Assembly (NCBI GenBank): GCA_977017575.1
Contig: CDRNVI010000063.1
Coordinates: 62,001-126,000 of the forward strand
DNA from: Paramoeba atlantica
Taxonomy: Eukaryota > Protista > Discosea
Direction: 5' to 3'
DNA: 64,000 nucleotides
Position 1 is the stretch's first letter, and each line of letters starts with the position of its first letter. The translations under genes were made by a program, and so were the position numbers. Of the stretch, positions 55,074 to 64,000 are shown piece after piece. Below the pieces are notes generated by a model. The model had not been told where the DNA came from. It did no database searches and worked only from the letters and a program-made list of their open reading frames with translations.

Positions 55074-56907
55074 CCGTTAGTACCCCCTGACTTTGCATTC
55101 CCCCTGACTTTGCATATTTTTCTGTTTTTGAAAATTTCTTGATGTGCAAAGTCTCGGGGGTATCAAAATTTCGAAAAATGCTGAAAACTTAAATTTCTTT
55201 TTTTTGTAAAGGACATGTAAAAATTTAACCAGTCGTACAAATGTAAATTGCATTGTTTAGTTTCTGTCATTTTCAACAATGTTATGAATGTCTACAATAG
55301 TATGGAAGCGTATGCCCCGATCGCAACTTCTACTATTTTAAATCAACTGAAAGATTGTCTAAGCCGAGCTAACTTTGTTGGTACTGGATACAACAACGAA
55401 TTGGTGATAATGGGTCTGCACTTCATGTCGTCAACAACATGTATCGTACGCTTTTTAAGCGTACCAGTGATATTATTTCTCGTAAGGACGTATCAGAAAC
55501 TTGGACGCCACTGTTATAATAATTTTGCGGTGGTTGTAAAACTACCGCTCTACACTCGATTATTGAAAAAAAAGTGAACAAAAACAGTGAAAATATAAAG
55601 GGGAACACAGTAATATAATAGAAGAAAAAAATATAAAAGGGGGCTCCGGTGGACCAAAACTGAAAAAAAAATTTGAAAAAAATGGGGGGTCCATGGGGGG
55701 AGTCCGGGGGGGGTCCAGGGGGGAGTCCAGGGGGGAGTCCAGGGGGGGGTCCAGGAGGGTTATGGTCGAGCAATTTTTTTCGAAAAAATTAGTTTTCGAA
55801 AAAAAACCGCAGAAAGGGTAGCCGGGGTCTTGGCGCGCATTTTCCACCCCCCTACCCGGGGGTGACCCCCCCGCGTATCCGCAGGACCGGTCCGCCAAGT
55901 TCGGATTTTTTCGGAAATTGTTTTTTGAAAAAAATTTCAACTTGGCGAAAAAAATGACAAAAAAAATATTTTTCTAAAATCGTTTCCCCTATTGTATTGT
56001 GATAGTTTGGGACCTACACTAGCTTTCTCCGCAGTTGTTTTCGCAAGGTATCCCTTCTTCTAACCGTGGTGCGCCCCTCAAAATGACCCATTTTTGACTA
56101 AAAAAGGTGAAAAAGTATTTTTCGGACCTAAAGGGGCATTTTTGTGTCGAAAGAATGGTATGGTTGGAGTCGCATTCTCTACCTAATACGTTCGGTAGGC
56201 TTTCATTCATGCCTACGAGTGATTTCCCACGCGCAAATGTCGGATTTAGTGCTCTGACAGCAAAAGTACGCGAAAATCACCCCATTTTTACCCGAAATTC
56301 GGGTATTTTTGGCTATAATCTTTCCGTTTTCCAGGCCAAATTTTCTTTTTTAGGCTCTTCGTTAAACGCGGCGGTAGTTTTCAACGCGAAGCGCGCAGCA
56401 TGAGTGACTTCTAAGTTGAAAACAATAAATATTGAATGTTTAATTTTTGTAATATTGTTTAATTCTGTAATACTATTTTGATTAACCTTCGATTTTTGTT
56501 CGTTAATATTTCTTTGTTTGTTAATATTCGTACGTCCAGAGCTCCGTCTTGTAGTTTTTCTTTGTATCTGAGATATTTTCCTCTGGTTTTTTTCTCAGTG
56601 TAGAACAATAACAGATTCTTTTTGAGTCCACAGCAACGGTTTACTTCATTATTGCGCATTATGCATTTGTATTTATTCGTATACACGTTCCGTATTTTCG
56701 TATTTTCTTTCCTACTACATCAATGACCGACGAAGAATATGCGAGGAAACATTTATGCGCGGAAGATCTCATCCCTTTTCACCCCTTCCTTTTTACCCCC
56801 TCAACCCACCTTCATGACTTTGCACACCCCCTGACTTTGCACAAAAACCTGATTTTTCGCTGTTTTCGTCGTGCAAAGTCGTTGCGCAAAGTCGGGGGTA
56901 CTAACGG
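55074..56907. mobile_element. CCGTTAGTACCCCC-ended MITE termini (one large element or two short partial copies)
   Basis: TA|CCGTTAGTACCCCCTGACTTTGC and GCAAAGTCGGGGGTACTAACGG|TG; each end also has its own short internal inverted GACTTTGCA set. Confidence 0.6.
55525..56425 (-). mobile_element. Hairpin-ended element, copy I (outer hairpin arm truncated)
   Basis: Highly similar to copy D over its length. Confidence 0.85.
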
Positions 56908-57336
56908 TGCCTTAATTCGATTCTCATATCCACCCTTCTCATATCCACCCTTCTCATGTCAAGAAAGGTAAACTAACAAGAGAAAGTGTTCGTTGATCCT
57001 ATTAAATTTATGATGACACATATGAAACGTTATAAAAGAACGCATGAGGAAATTCAGAAGGCCACCGTATTGTATACGAAAGAGCTTTGACATTTGTTTT
57101 AATGTTTTACATGCACACAGATACATGTATTTTCAGGTAGATGAGTACTCACGAGAAGACTAAAATGACATTTTACTTTAAAACGTTTTCTAACTGTGCA
57201 ATAGAAAGCTTTATAGTAAAGAAAGCTCAGGAAAATGATAGTAAAAACAGTATTAGATAATATCTACATCATTGTAACATGGAATAATGTGTCTTGCGGC
57301 GAAATAGCCATATTTGCGAATGATTATTTTAGACTT

Positions 57337-57924
57337 TCAACCTAATGTAATGATTTGAGTATCACTCCAGTCCCAGTTTCTGGGAGTCACTGAGTACGAA
57401 ATCGGAAGGTCACATGGGCGTACTGTCCCACGAAGGTTAAAATTCTGAGTTACGTAAAATTGCAACATACCAGGGGGCATGAACGTAAAGTCTATATTTC
57501 CAGTAAAATTATTCTTCGATAAGGATACAAACTTGAGAGTTTGAGGAAAGTGGTGTAGCTCTATTGGCCCAGTAAACAAGTTTTCAGAAAGACGTAACAC
57601 TTCAAGATTCCGAGGCAAGTGTTGCCATTCCACTGAACCAGAAAATTCATTGGTCCATAGAATTAGTGTTCTTAATGTTCGTGGAAGAAATTCCCACTGT
57701 AATACGCCGCGAAGTTGAAAACCACTCCAATAAATTTCTACAACATTTTCACTGGTAAAATTTGCGCACCTCACTCCATTCCATTTATGCGCAATCGTAT
57801 CAGAACTCCATGAGTTGTGAGGGTTTTCTACATGTCGTACCAGCTGAACTAAATAATACTCCGGGGGTAAGGATGCTCCACGGACTTTTGCTGCTCGGGA
57901 TCGTGGTAATGCCTCGTCGCACAT
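57337..57924 (-). CDS. Leucine-rich repeat protein, member 11
   Basis: RAAKVRGASLPPEYYL..NPHNSW..KWNGVRC plus 4 LRRs. Confidence 0.85.
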   Translation of the reverse strand: MCDEALPRSRAAKVRGASLPPEYYLVQLVRHVENPHNSWSSDTIAHKWNGVRCANFTSENVVEIYWSGFQLRGVLQWEFLPRTLRTLILWTNEFSGSVEWQHLPRNLEVLRLSENLFTGPIELHHFPQTLKFVSLSKNNFTGNIDFTFMPPGMLQFYVTQNFNLRGTVRPCDLPISYSVTPRNWDWSDTQIITLG

Positions 57925-58023
57925 AGTGGTGATGCGAGTTGTAAGGTTGATATGAAGAAAAATAGCACTTCTTATTGATTTACTGGTAAATTTCATTCGT
58001 CAAAAACATTCTATTGGATCATA

Positions 58024-58415
58024 CAGTGGTGGGCAACGATATGTACCCCCCCCTACAGGTCTTGTATTTTGATTGATTTTGGAAATATTTATCGATAATG
58101 ATAGCGCTTCTAATAGGTGACAAAAGCTGTACACATCTCACAACGTACGTGTTGTGCAGTAAGACATGCGGGACGAGATAGATCCGTCGTGTAAAAGCGA
58201 AGAAGCGCGAAAAATGACGCAAGATAGGGGTGTTCTGCAAAAATCATGGTTTTTCGCACATTTTTTTGAGGTTTTAATGTGAACCAGCTTTCAACGAGTG
58301 AAAAGGACCTCGGATTCGGAACGATTGGGTCGAAAAACGGTGGTATGCAAAATATTTCCAAAATCGGCCAAAATACAAGACCTGTAGGGGGGGTACATAT
58401 CGTTGCCCACCACTG
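58024..58415. mobile_element. 392-bp Tc1-type MITE
   Basis: TA|CAGTGGTGGGCAACGATATGTACCCCCCCTACAGGTCTTGTATTTT...|TA; about 65-bp TIRs, the outer 45 bp perfect. Confidence 0.9.
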
Positions 58416-58512
58416 TAGATAACTAAAAGCGGTAACCAAATTAGCGTAATAAAAGCTGTGACCGTACGTAGAGTACGATTTTTACGAATTGAGCGTCACG
58501 TCAACATAGGAT

Positions 58513-59271
58513 CTATGTCGAAACATTACAATCCTGAATAAAAATATCATAATCCCGTGGCCTTTGCTTGTGATCCAGAGCGTACACTTTCTCCAGCCGT
58601 TGTAACACCTCCAACCCCTCCACCACCCTGCCAAAACACACACAGGAGCCATACAGGTGGGCGTAGTCCACCTGCTCCCCGGTGGTAATAAAAAACTGAC
58701 TCCCCACTCTTGTGGGGGCGCTGTTCGCGGAGAGCAGCTGTCCGGGACCCTTTCCCCAGACACTCTCCCGAATCTCCTGCTCCCCATCAAACGTCTCCCC
58801 ATAGAGCGTGCGCTCCCCGGTGCCATCATAGTGCACCACGTCCCCGGTTTGTAGGCCAAACCCGGGCACGATGCGATGGAGTACACAACCCCTATAGTGG
58901 AGCTGGGGCCCCAGGGACTCGGCAAATCGATGAATCGTCTCGACCCGATTCAGATCCGTGTGGGGCTCAATCCCCGGAAGGGCTTCAGAGCCCGTACACA
59001 TGCGTTGAAAGTTTTCAACGGTCCGGGGGCAGCGAGTGCCGTACATTTCAAATTTAATATGGCCTAAAACAGTTGAAGGGGCGTCGACCGTGTTTTGATG
59101 CCGGGAGTGGACATAGCCAACTCGGGGTCGCGCGGCAAGGGTGAGACCGGCGTGCTTGTAACTAGGGAAGAGAGGGCCGGGGGTAGCAAAGGGAGATGCT
59201 CCGGAAGAAGACGTTTTGGGGGTTTGTCGACCAAGACTTCGGATTCGGGAGGTGATGCCGGACCAGGACAT
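58513..59271 (-). CDS. Cyclophilin-type peptidyl-prolyl isomerase, divergent
   Basis: CPRTVENF, LHYRGCVLHRIVPGF..QTGD, GSQFFITT, CFGRVVEG. Confidence 0.85.
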   Translation of the reverse strand: MSWSGITSRIRSLGRQTPKTSSSGASPFATPGPLFPSYKHAGLTLAARPRVGYVHSRHQNTVDAPSTVLGHIKFEMYGTRCPRTVENFQRMCTGSEALPGIEPHTDLNRVETIHRFAESLGPQLHYRGCVLHRIVPGFGLQTGDVVHYDGTGERTLYGETFDGEQEIRESVWGKGPGQLLSANSAPTRVGSQFFITTGEQVDYAHLYGSCVCFGRVVEGLEVLQRLEKVYALDHKQRPRDYDIFIQDCNVST

Positions 59272-59574
59272 GGGTGTGTGGAGGGTGCAAAGGTAGAAAG
59301 CAAGGTGTTGGTGATGAAAGAGTCGAGAGATTGTATTTGATGACTTAAGAATAGTGTGAAAGAATGCTCTAATGCTGATAGAAAAGATTCCTTGCCACTC
59401 GCACACTGATAATGCATAAAACTCGCACACTGATAATGCATAAAAACTCGCACACTGATAATGCATATTTTGAGCAAGCCCTTCAAAAAAAACTTGAGCC
59501 CTTTAAAAAAAAATTGAGCCATTCAAAAAAATTGGAGAAAGGCCCTTGGAAAAAAATTCTAGAAAAAAAGGCGG

Positions 59575-59998
59575 ATGCCAAGACCTTGTTTACCCGCCTG
59601 CAAGATAACAACGTCTGACGTTAGTGGGAAGCTATTTGCGAAGCCCAACAATTCCACCATACCCAACCCGTAATAAGCCAAGACCTTGTTTACCCGTCTG
59701 CAAGATAAAAACGTCTGACGTTAGTGGGAAGCTATTTGCGAAGCCCAACAATTCCACCATACCCAACCCGTAATAAGCCAAGACCTTGTTTACCCGTCTG
59801 CAAGATAAAAACGTCTGACGTTAGTGGGAAGCTATTTGCGAAGCCCAACAATTCCACCATACCCAACCCGTAATAAGCCAAGACCTTGTTTACCCGTCTG
59901 CAAGATAAAAACGTCTGACGTTAGTGGGAAGCTATTTGCGAAGCCCAACAATTCCACCATACCCAACCCGTAATAAAGCCAAGGCCTTGTTTACCCGT
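59575..59998 (+). repeat. 100-bp tandem repeat, about 4.2 copies, with further degenerate units at 60195-60328
   Basis: AGACCTTGTTTACCCG recurs at 59581, 59681, 59781, 59881. Confidence 0.95.
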
Positions 59999-60062
59999 CC
60001 GGCTAATAATTTCACCTTTGTTCCCGGTGAGGCCCCGGAGTTGCGAGAGGCCTCCATACCCC

Positions 60063-60140
60063 ACAACTACCACCTTCCCCCCCTATTTAGCCGGGGTCGC
60101 GCGAGCGACCCCTGATAAATGGGGGGAAGGTGGTAGTTGT
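60063..60140 (+). other. 78-nt stem-loop with GCGA tetraloop
   Basis: ACAACTACCACCTTCCCCCC pairs with GGGGGGAAGGTGGTAGTTGT; inner GGGGTCGC-GCGA-GCGACCCC. Confidence 0.7.
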
Positions 60141-60648
60141 TTTGGGGGAAATGAGAGACCGAACGCACGGAGGGGCCGGCCGGGCCAATGAACCTAGATC
60201 TTGTTTACCCATTTGCGAAGCCCAACAATTCCACCATACCCCACCCTTAATAAAGCCAAGACCTTGTTTACCCGTGTGCAAGACAAAAACGTCTGACGTT
60301 AGTGGAAAGTAATTTGCGAAGCCCAACCGTCTGCAAGGTAAAATAGAAATGGAAAGCCCATTCTAGGAATCGGAAATATGCAGTTGAAGGAAAGTTGGTA
60401 AAACTTATAAAATAAAACTCACTAAAAGTGGCAGAATTTATTATGTAGCCCATGCCGCTTTCTGGAGAGTCACATCTTATGCAGAAGAGAAGAACCCGCC
60501 CAGCTTGGAGTTGAGTAGATGTCCAAACATGTTTAAAAATTGTATGGAAGAGTGAAATACGCACGTAAAGAGTGAAGTACGCACATGGAAGAGTGAAATA
60601 CGCACATAAAAAGCGTTAGAGAAAGGGACTGATGGGTCCTTCGGAGAT

Positions 60649-61655
60649 TCAAGAGGACTCCTGGGAACCGTCGACCAAAAATTGTGGGCGAGTTTTCCGA
60701 AGAATTTCTACGAACTCAAATGGCGATTGTTCTTGGAGCACTTCTTTTGGTCGAGCATTTATATCCCGCGAAACGGAGTCAAGATCCTTCTGCAAGATGT
60801 CACTAAACAAACGTCGTTTCGGGTAGAAATCTCGCACTACGCCGTTGAAAATTTCAGCACCCCTCTTCTCCCAACTTGCATACGGTTTACAAAAATACGA
60901 AGAGCAATTATAATTAAGCGACTAATTTACTTTCTCGTGTTTTGCAAACTCGGTTCCGTTATCATATGTTATGGAGTGAACCAAGAAACCTTGAAGAGCA
61001 CTGGTTATGTTTTCAGCGACCAGTGCCGATTTCTTGCATGTGAGCTTCTTTATATCCCGAACAGACTCTTTCGCTCAACCAAGGTGAGGAAGAATCCGCT
61101 GTGTCTTGTGCCTTCTATAAGGTCACATTCCCAATCACCGTATCGCTCCCGATTGCTAACAATATTCGGTCGCTCCTCAATGTCGGTGCGATTCGGAATA
61201 CCGGTACGGTTGGTTCCCCGACGGCGACGTTGACTACGTCTTCCTCCACGGCGCAGACAACTCTCCAAGTTCCCATGTTGACCATCATCCCGCTTGATAA
61301 ACCCGTATATTGACGTTCGGGATACTTTAATATCATCTTCTTTGCGCAAGACTACTGTAATTTGCTGGGGGCTAAAGCGCCTGCGTAGGAGAGACACGAC
61401 TTTGTCTTTAATCTCTCCTTTAATCATGCATGGGCGCGGCTGGCGTTTCAGCATGGACTGCTTCGCTGCTCGTTCAGCGCGCCTGGCACTGTACGTATCA
61501 TTTCGAAGTCCGCGTGCGAGTTCCCGGCTCAGAGAGGATTGATTCATATTCAATTTCGCGGCAATTTGGACTTGGGTGAAATTCTGTTGATTGTAAAGCA
61601 CCTCAATCATGGTGCGGTCCTCTGAATCTATACGTTGACTTCGTGGTTCACTCAT
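60649..61655 (-). pseudogene. IS30-family transposase, near full length
   Basis: HTH QIAAKLNMNQSSLSRELAR, FSPQQI, VSRTSIY, GDWECDLIEG (D), SITYDNGTEF (D), YFCKPYASWEKRGAEIFNGVVR (E), INARPK; frameshift near 61052, TAG at 60922-60924. Confidence 0.9.
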
Positions 61656-61710
61656 ACTAAAATGCAACAAAAATTATCAAAAAAAAAGTCTTTGTGTTAA
61701 TATAGGCTTC

Positions 61711-61871
61711 ATGCATTATCAGTGTGCATTATGCGTTATCAGTGTGCATTATGCATTATCAGTGTGCATTATGCATTATCAGTGTGCATTATGCATTATC
61801 AGTGTGCATTATGCATTATCAGTGTGCATTATGCATTATCAGTGTGCGAGTTTTATGCATTATCAGTGTGC
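61711..61871 (+). repeat. 20-bp tandem array ATGCATTATCAGTGTGCATT, about 8 copies
   Basis: Direct reading; inverted relative to the array at 59398-59466. Confidence 0.95.
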
Positions 61872-62158
61872 CTACAGTCAGCAAAAAAACCGTTCGAATG
61901 TTTCGGTTTTTTTTCTTTGGTATAGAGCTATTGATTAAATATCACCGTTGCGCTGGTAATGTGTGCTAGTAGTGTAGGCATGAGTGTCACCTAATAGTAC
62001 CCGTAGATAGTTCGCCTCAGTTCGTTCTACCAAAGAAATAAGAACGAATATAAAAAAGTTTAGCATTCGAAAGGTTTTTTTGCTACCTATTATAGAGAAA
62101 ATCTTGTCCCAAAAAATAGATGAAACGTAATCGCCCAAGAGAGATTATGCCCGTAAAA

Positions 62159-62415
62159 TTAGTATTTAGTATTCCCCCCACGAGCCTTCAGCACTGCCTT
62201 CATATGGGCAGGCATACTGTCCACCTGGGCACGACATACTGAGGGTGGTATGTTCGCCCATTCCATTTTTACCCTCTCCCACAACTCTCGGACCCCGCTT
62301 GGTGGATCATCGTGCGCTGCAAGGCGCCGCTTGAGTTCTCCTCAAACGTTTTCGATTGCGTTTAAGTCAGGGGACTGCGGGGGCCACCGCATGACTTCAA
62401 ACCCGGTACCGCGGT
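62159..62415 (-). pseudogene. Tc1 transposase C-terminal fragment, inverted
   Basis: Minus strand gives WPPQS.., ELKRRL, LWERVKMEW.NIP, VDSM..MKAVLKARGG; stop and frameshifts. Confidence 0.8.
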
Positions 62416-63222
62416 GTGTCTATGAGGTCCATCTCTGATACAGTAAATTTAAGTATCTCAACAATTTCTATGATATTAAAAAAAGAAAGGCCTGATACTC
62501 TCAGGATGCAGGGTGGATGCCCTCGAAAGCTTTCCGAGCCGTGCACACGCCGTGTGCGACGACTTGTGTTCTCCGGCAATTCTGCGCAAGAGGTATCATC
62601 TCAGCTGCGCCGCGAGGGCGTTGCTGATGTTGTTCCTCAGTCTATCCGAGTTTCGATGCACCGCTTCGGACACAAAGGTAAAAAGCGTGTCCGCAAGCCC
62701 TACCTGTCCAAGCGCCATCGCAAGCTTCGGATGGACTTTGCCACGGCCCATGAGCACTGGACAGTGCACGACTGGGCTCCAGTTGTATGGTCGGACGAGA
62801 CGAAGATCTCGCGCTTTGAAACGGGGGGAAGTCTTTGGACATGGGGGACCCCGGGGGAGGAACTGGGTGAAAAAGGGGTAATTCCCACGGTAAAGTACGG
62901 AGGGGGGCACATCATGATTTGGGTGTGCATGTCCCGAAGCGGTGTGGGGCATGTGCGTCTAGTTCAAGGGAACCTGAACGCCACACAGTACGTCGAGATT
63001 CTTGAAGAGAATCTTGCCCCCTCCATCGAAACTATGGGTCTAGACCCCCCAATGGTCATCTTCCAACAAGATAATGACCCCAAGCACACAAGCCATTGTG
63101 CGCAACGGCACCTCCGGGGTACCGGGTTTGAAGTCATGCGGTGGCCCCCGCAGTCCCCTGACTTAAATCCAATCGAAAACGTTGGGGGGGAACTCAAGCG
63201 GCGCCTTGCAGCGCACGATGAT
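62416..63222 (+). pseudogene. Tc1 DD34E transposase, truncated at both ends
   Basis: WSDETK, FQQDNDPKH, WPPQSPDLNPIEN with 34 residues between the second D and E. Confidence 0.9.
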
Positions 63223-63252
63223 CTTCTTAGTTCCGAAATATATAAAACGTGA

Positions 63253-63888
63253 ATGCAACACGTGCAGCTTTACATTTTGTGGCATACAAATACTGCAAAA
63301 AAGAGGGAAAAACTTATTGGAAAGTGGATCCCTCAACGCAAAGTATTTGGTTCTCGATGTCACGACAACTACGTCCCAACACGAGATTCCAAAATGTTTT
63401 CCCAGCCCACGCTACATAAAAGAGTCTACTTCGCAGCAGTAGATGCCACACCCATACGATTGGCGATCTGGCCAATGAAAAATGGGGACGTCTTAAAAGA
63501 TAAAATTGAGCAGTATCCCGGTAAAATGGATATTATACTAGCGGAAGCTACAGCAATAGCAAATGCTATTCGCTGCGCTCATAACAATGGTTTTCAATTT
63601 GTTGTAATAGATAATGATAATACGGCTGCGTGTCACTCTTTTGTGAAAGGATATTCCCCGTGAGATACACTGGATCACATAATAAAAGGGTGTGAGTGTT
63701 TCAAAGGAAAGCTAGTGCTCTGTGACATACCCAGCGAAGAAAACATCGCTGATGTTGGGACGCGACCAGAGAAAGTGTACACTGAATCAGAATACAACTA
63801 TAGAAAGTTACAGTCGTGGAATCGACTTTGCCGCGCGTGGGACAATTACAAAAGGTTTGGTACGACATTCGCCAGCCGTGAAGAATGA
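63253..63888 (+). pseudogene. RNase H domain of a DIRS/VIPER/TATE-type retroelement
   Basis: AVDATP, LAEATA, IDNDNTAA..GYSP, ENIADVGTR; in-frame TGA at 63661-63663. Confidence 0.75.
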
Positions 63889-64000
63889 ATTGACCTATTA
63901 AATTTAGTTTACAAATGCTCGTAGTTCTGCATATTCACTAACCTTATCCCCGCTGTCAACTTACGTACTAAATAATACGCATACAGTATAAAACACAACT

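Larger units (their letters stand above)
59401..61871 (-). mobile_element. IS30-family element 2 bounded by 41-bp perfect inverted repeats
   Basis: 59401-59441 is the exact reverse complement of 61831-61871; both belong to arrays of a 17-20-bp motif; encloses the transposase. Confidence 0.7.

Noticed and set aside
59575-59998. CRISPR array
   Set aside because: Units are near-identical over the full 100 bp with no unique spacers, and there are no cas genes.
33015-63663. Stop-codon reassignment suggested by single in-frame TGA/TAG codons in transposon ORFs
   Set aside because: Long housekeeping ORFs have no internal stops and end in standard stops; these are explained by single substitutions in dead elements.
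1-64000. Spliced-leader RNA gene, rRNA or snRNA
   Set aside because: No matching conserved sequence recognised by eye; an Rfam scan would be needed to exclude divergent ones.

Overview
This is eukaryotic nuclear DNA from a kinetoplastid. The evidence is a KREPA2-like RNA-editing gene, intronless ORFs, and every recognisable cellular gene lying on the minus strand as one directional cluster. An early-branching, Perkinsela-like lineage is my inference only. Housekeeping genes are MAM33/p22-like, RBBP6/Mpe1, SMC2, V-ATPase E, NTF2+RRM G3BP-like, EBP2, mitochondrial IF3-like, SMYD, KREPA2-like, EMC8/9 and a cyclophilin. They are interleaved with 11 dispersed members of one LRR family and dense transposon debris (Tc1, pogo, MITEs, tyrosine-recombinase retroelement pieces, a LINE fragment). 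Four things stand out. (1) Bacterial-type IS30 transposases appear established as eukaryotic transposons: they have terminal inverted repeats with subterminal repeat arrays, and a 1.78-kb non-autonomous derivative with a GG duplication sits inside a host repeat. (2) A non-coding 0.7-0.9-kb element occurs about ten times, with a ~100-nt hairpin at one end, a small hairpin at the other and no target duplication, suggesting a rolling-circle element. (3) A 2.2-kb foldback structure is built from a minisatellite and two divergent tRNA-like boxes. (4) LRR gene fragments are copied and shuffled between loci. All calls come from reading the sequence by eye; no searches were run.
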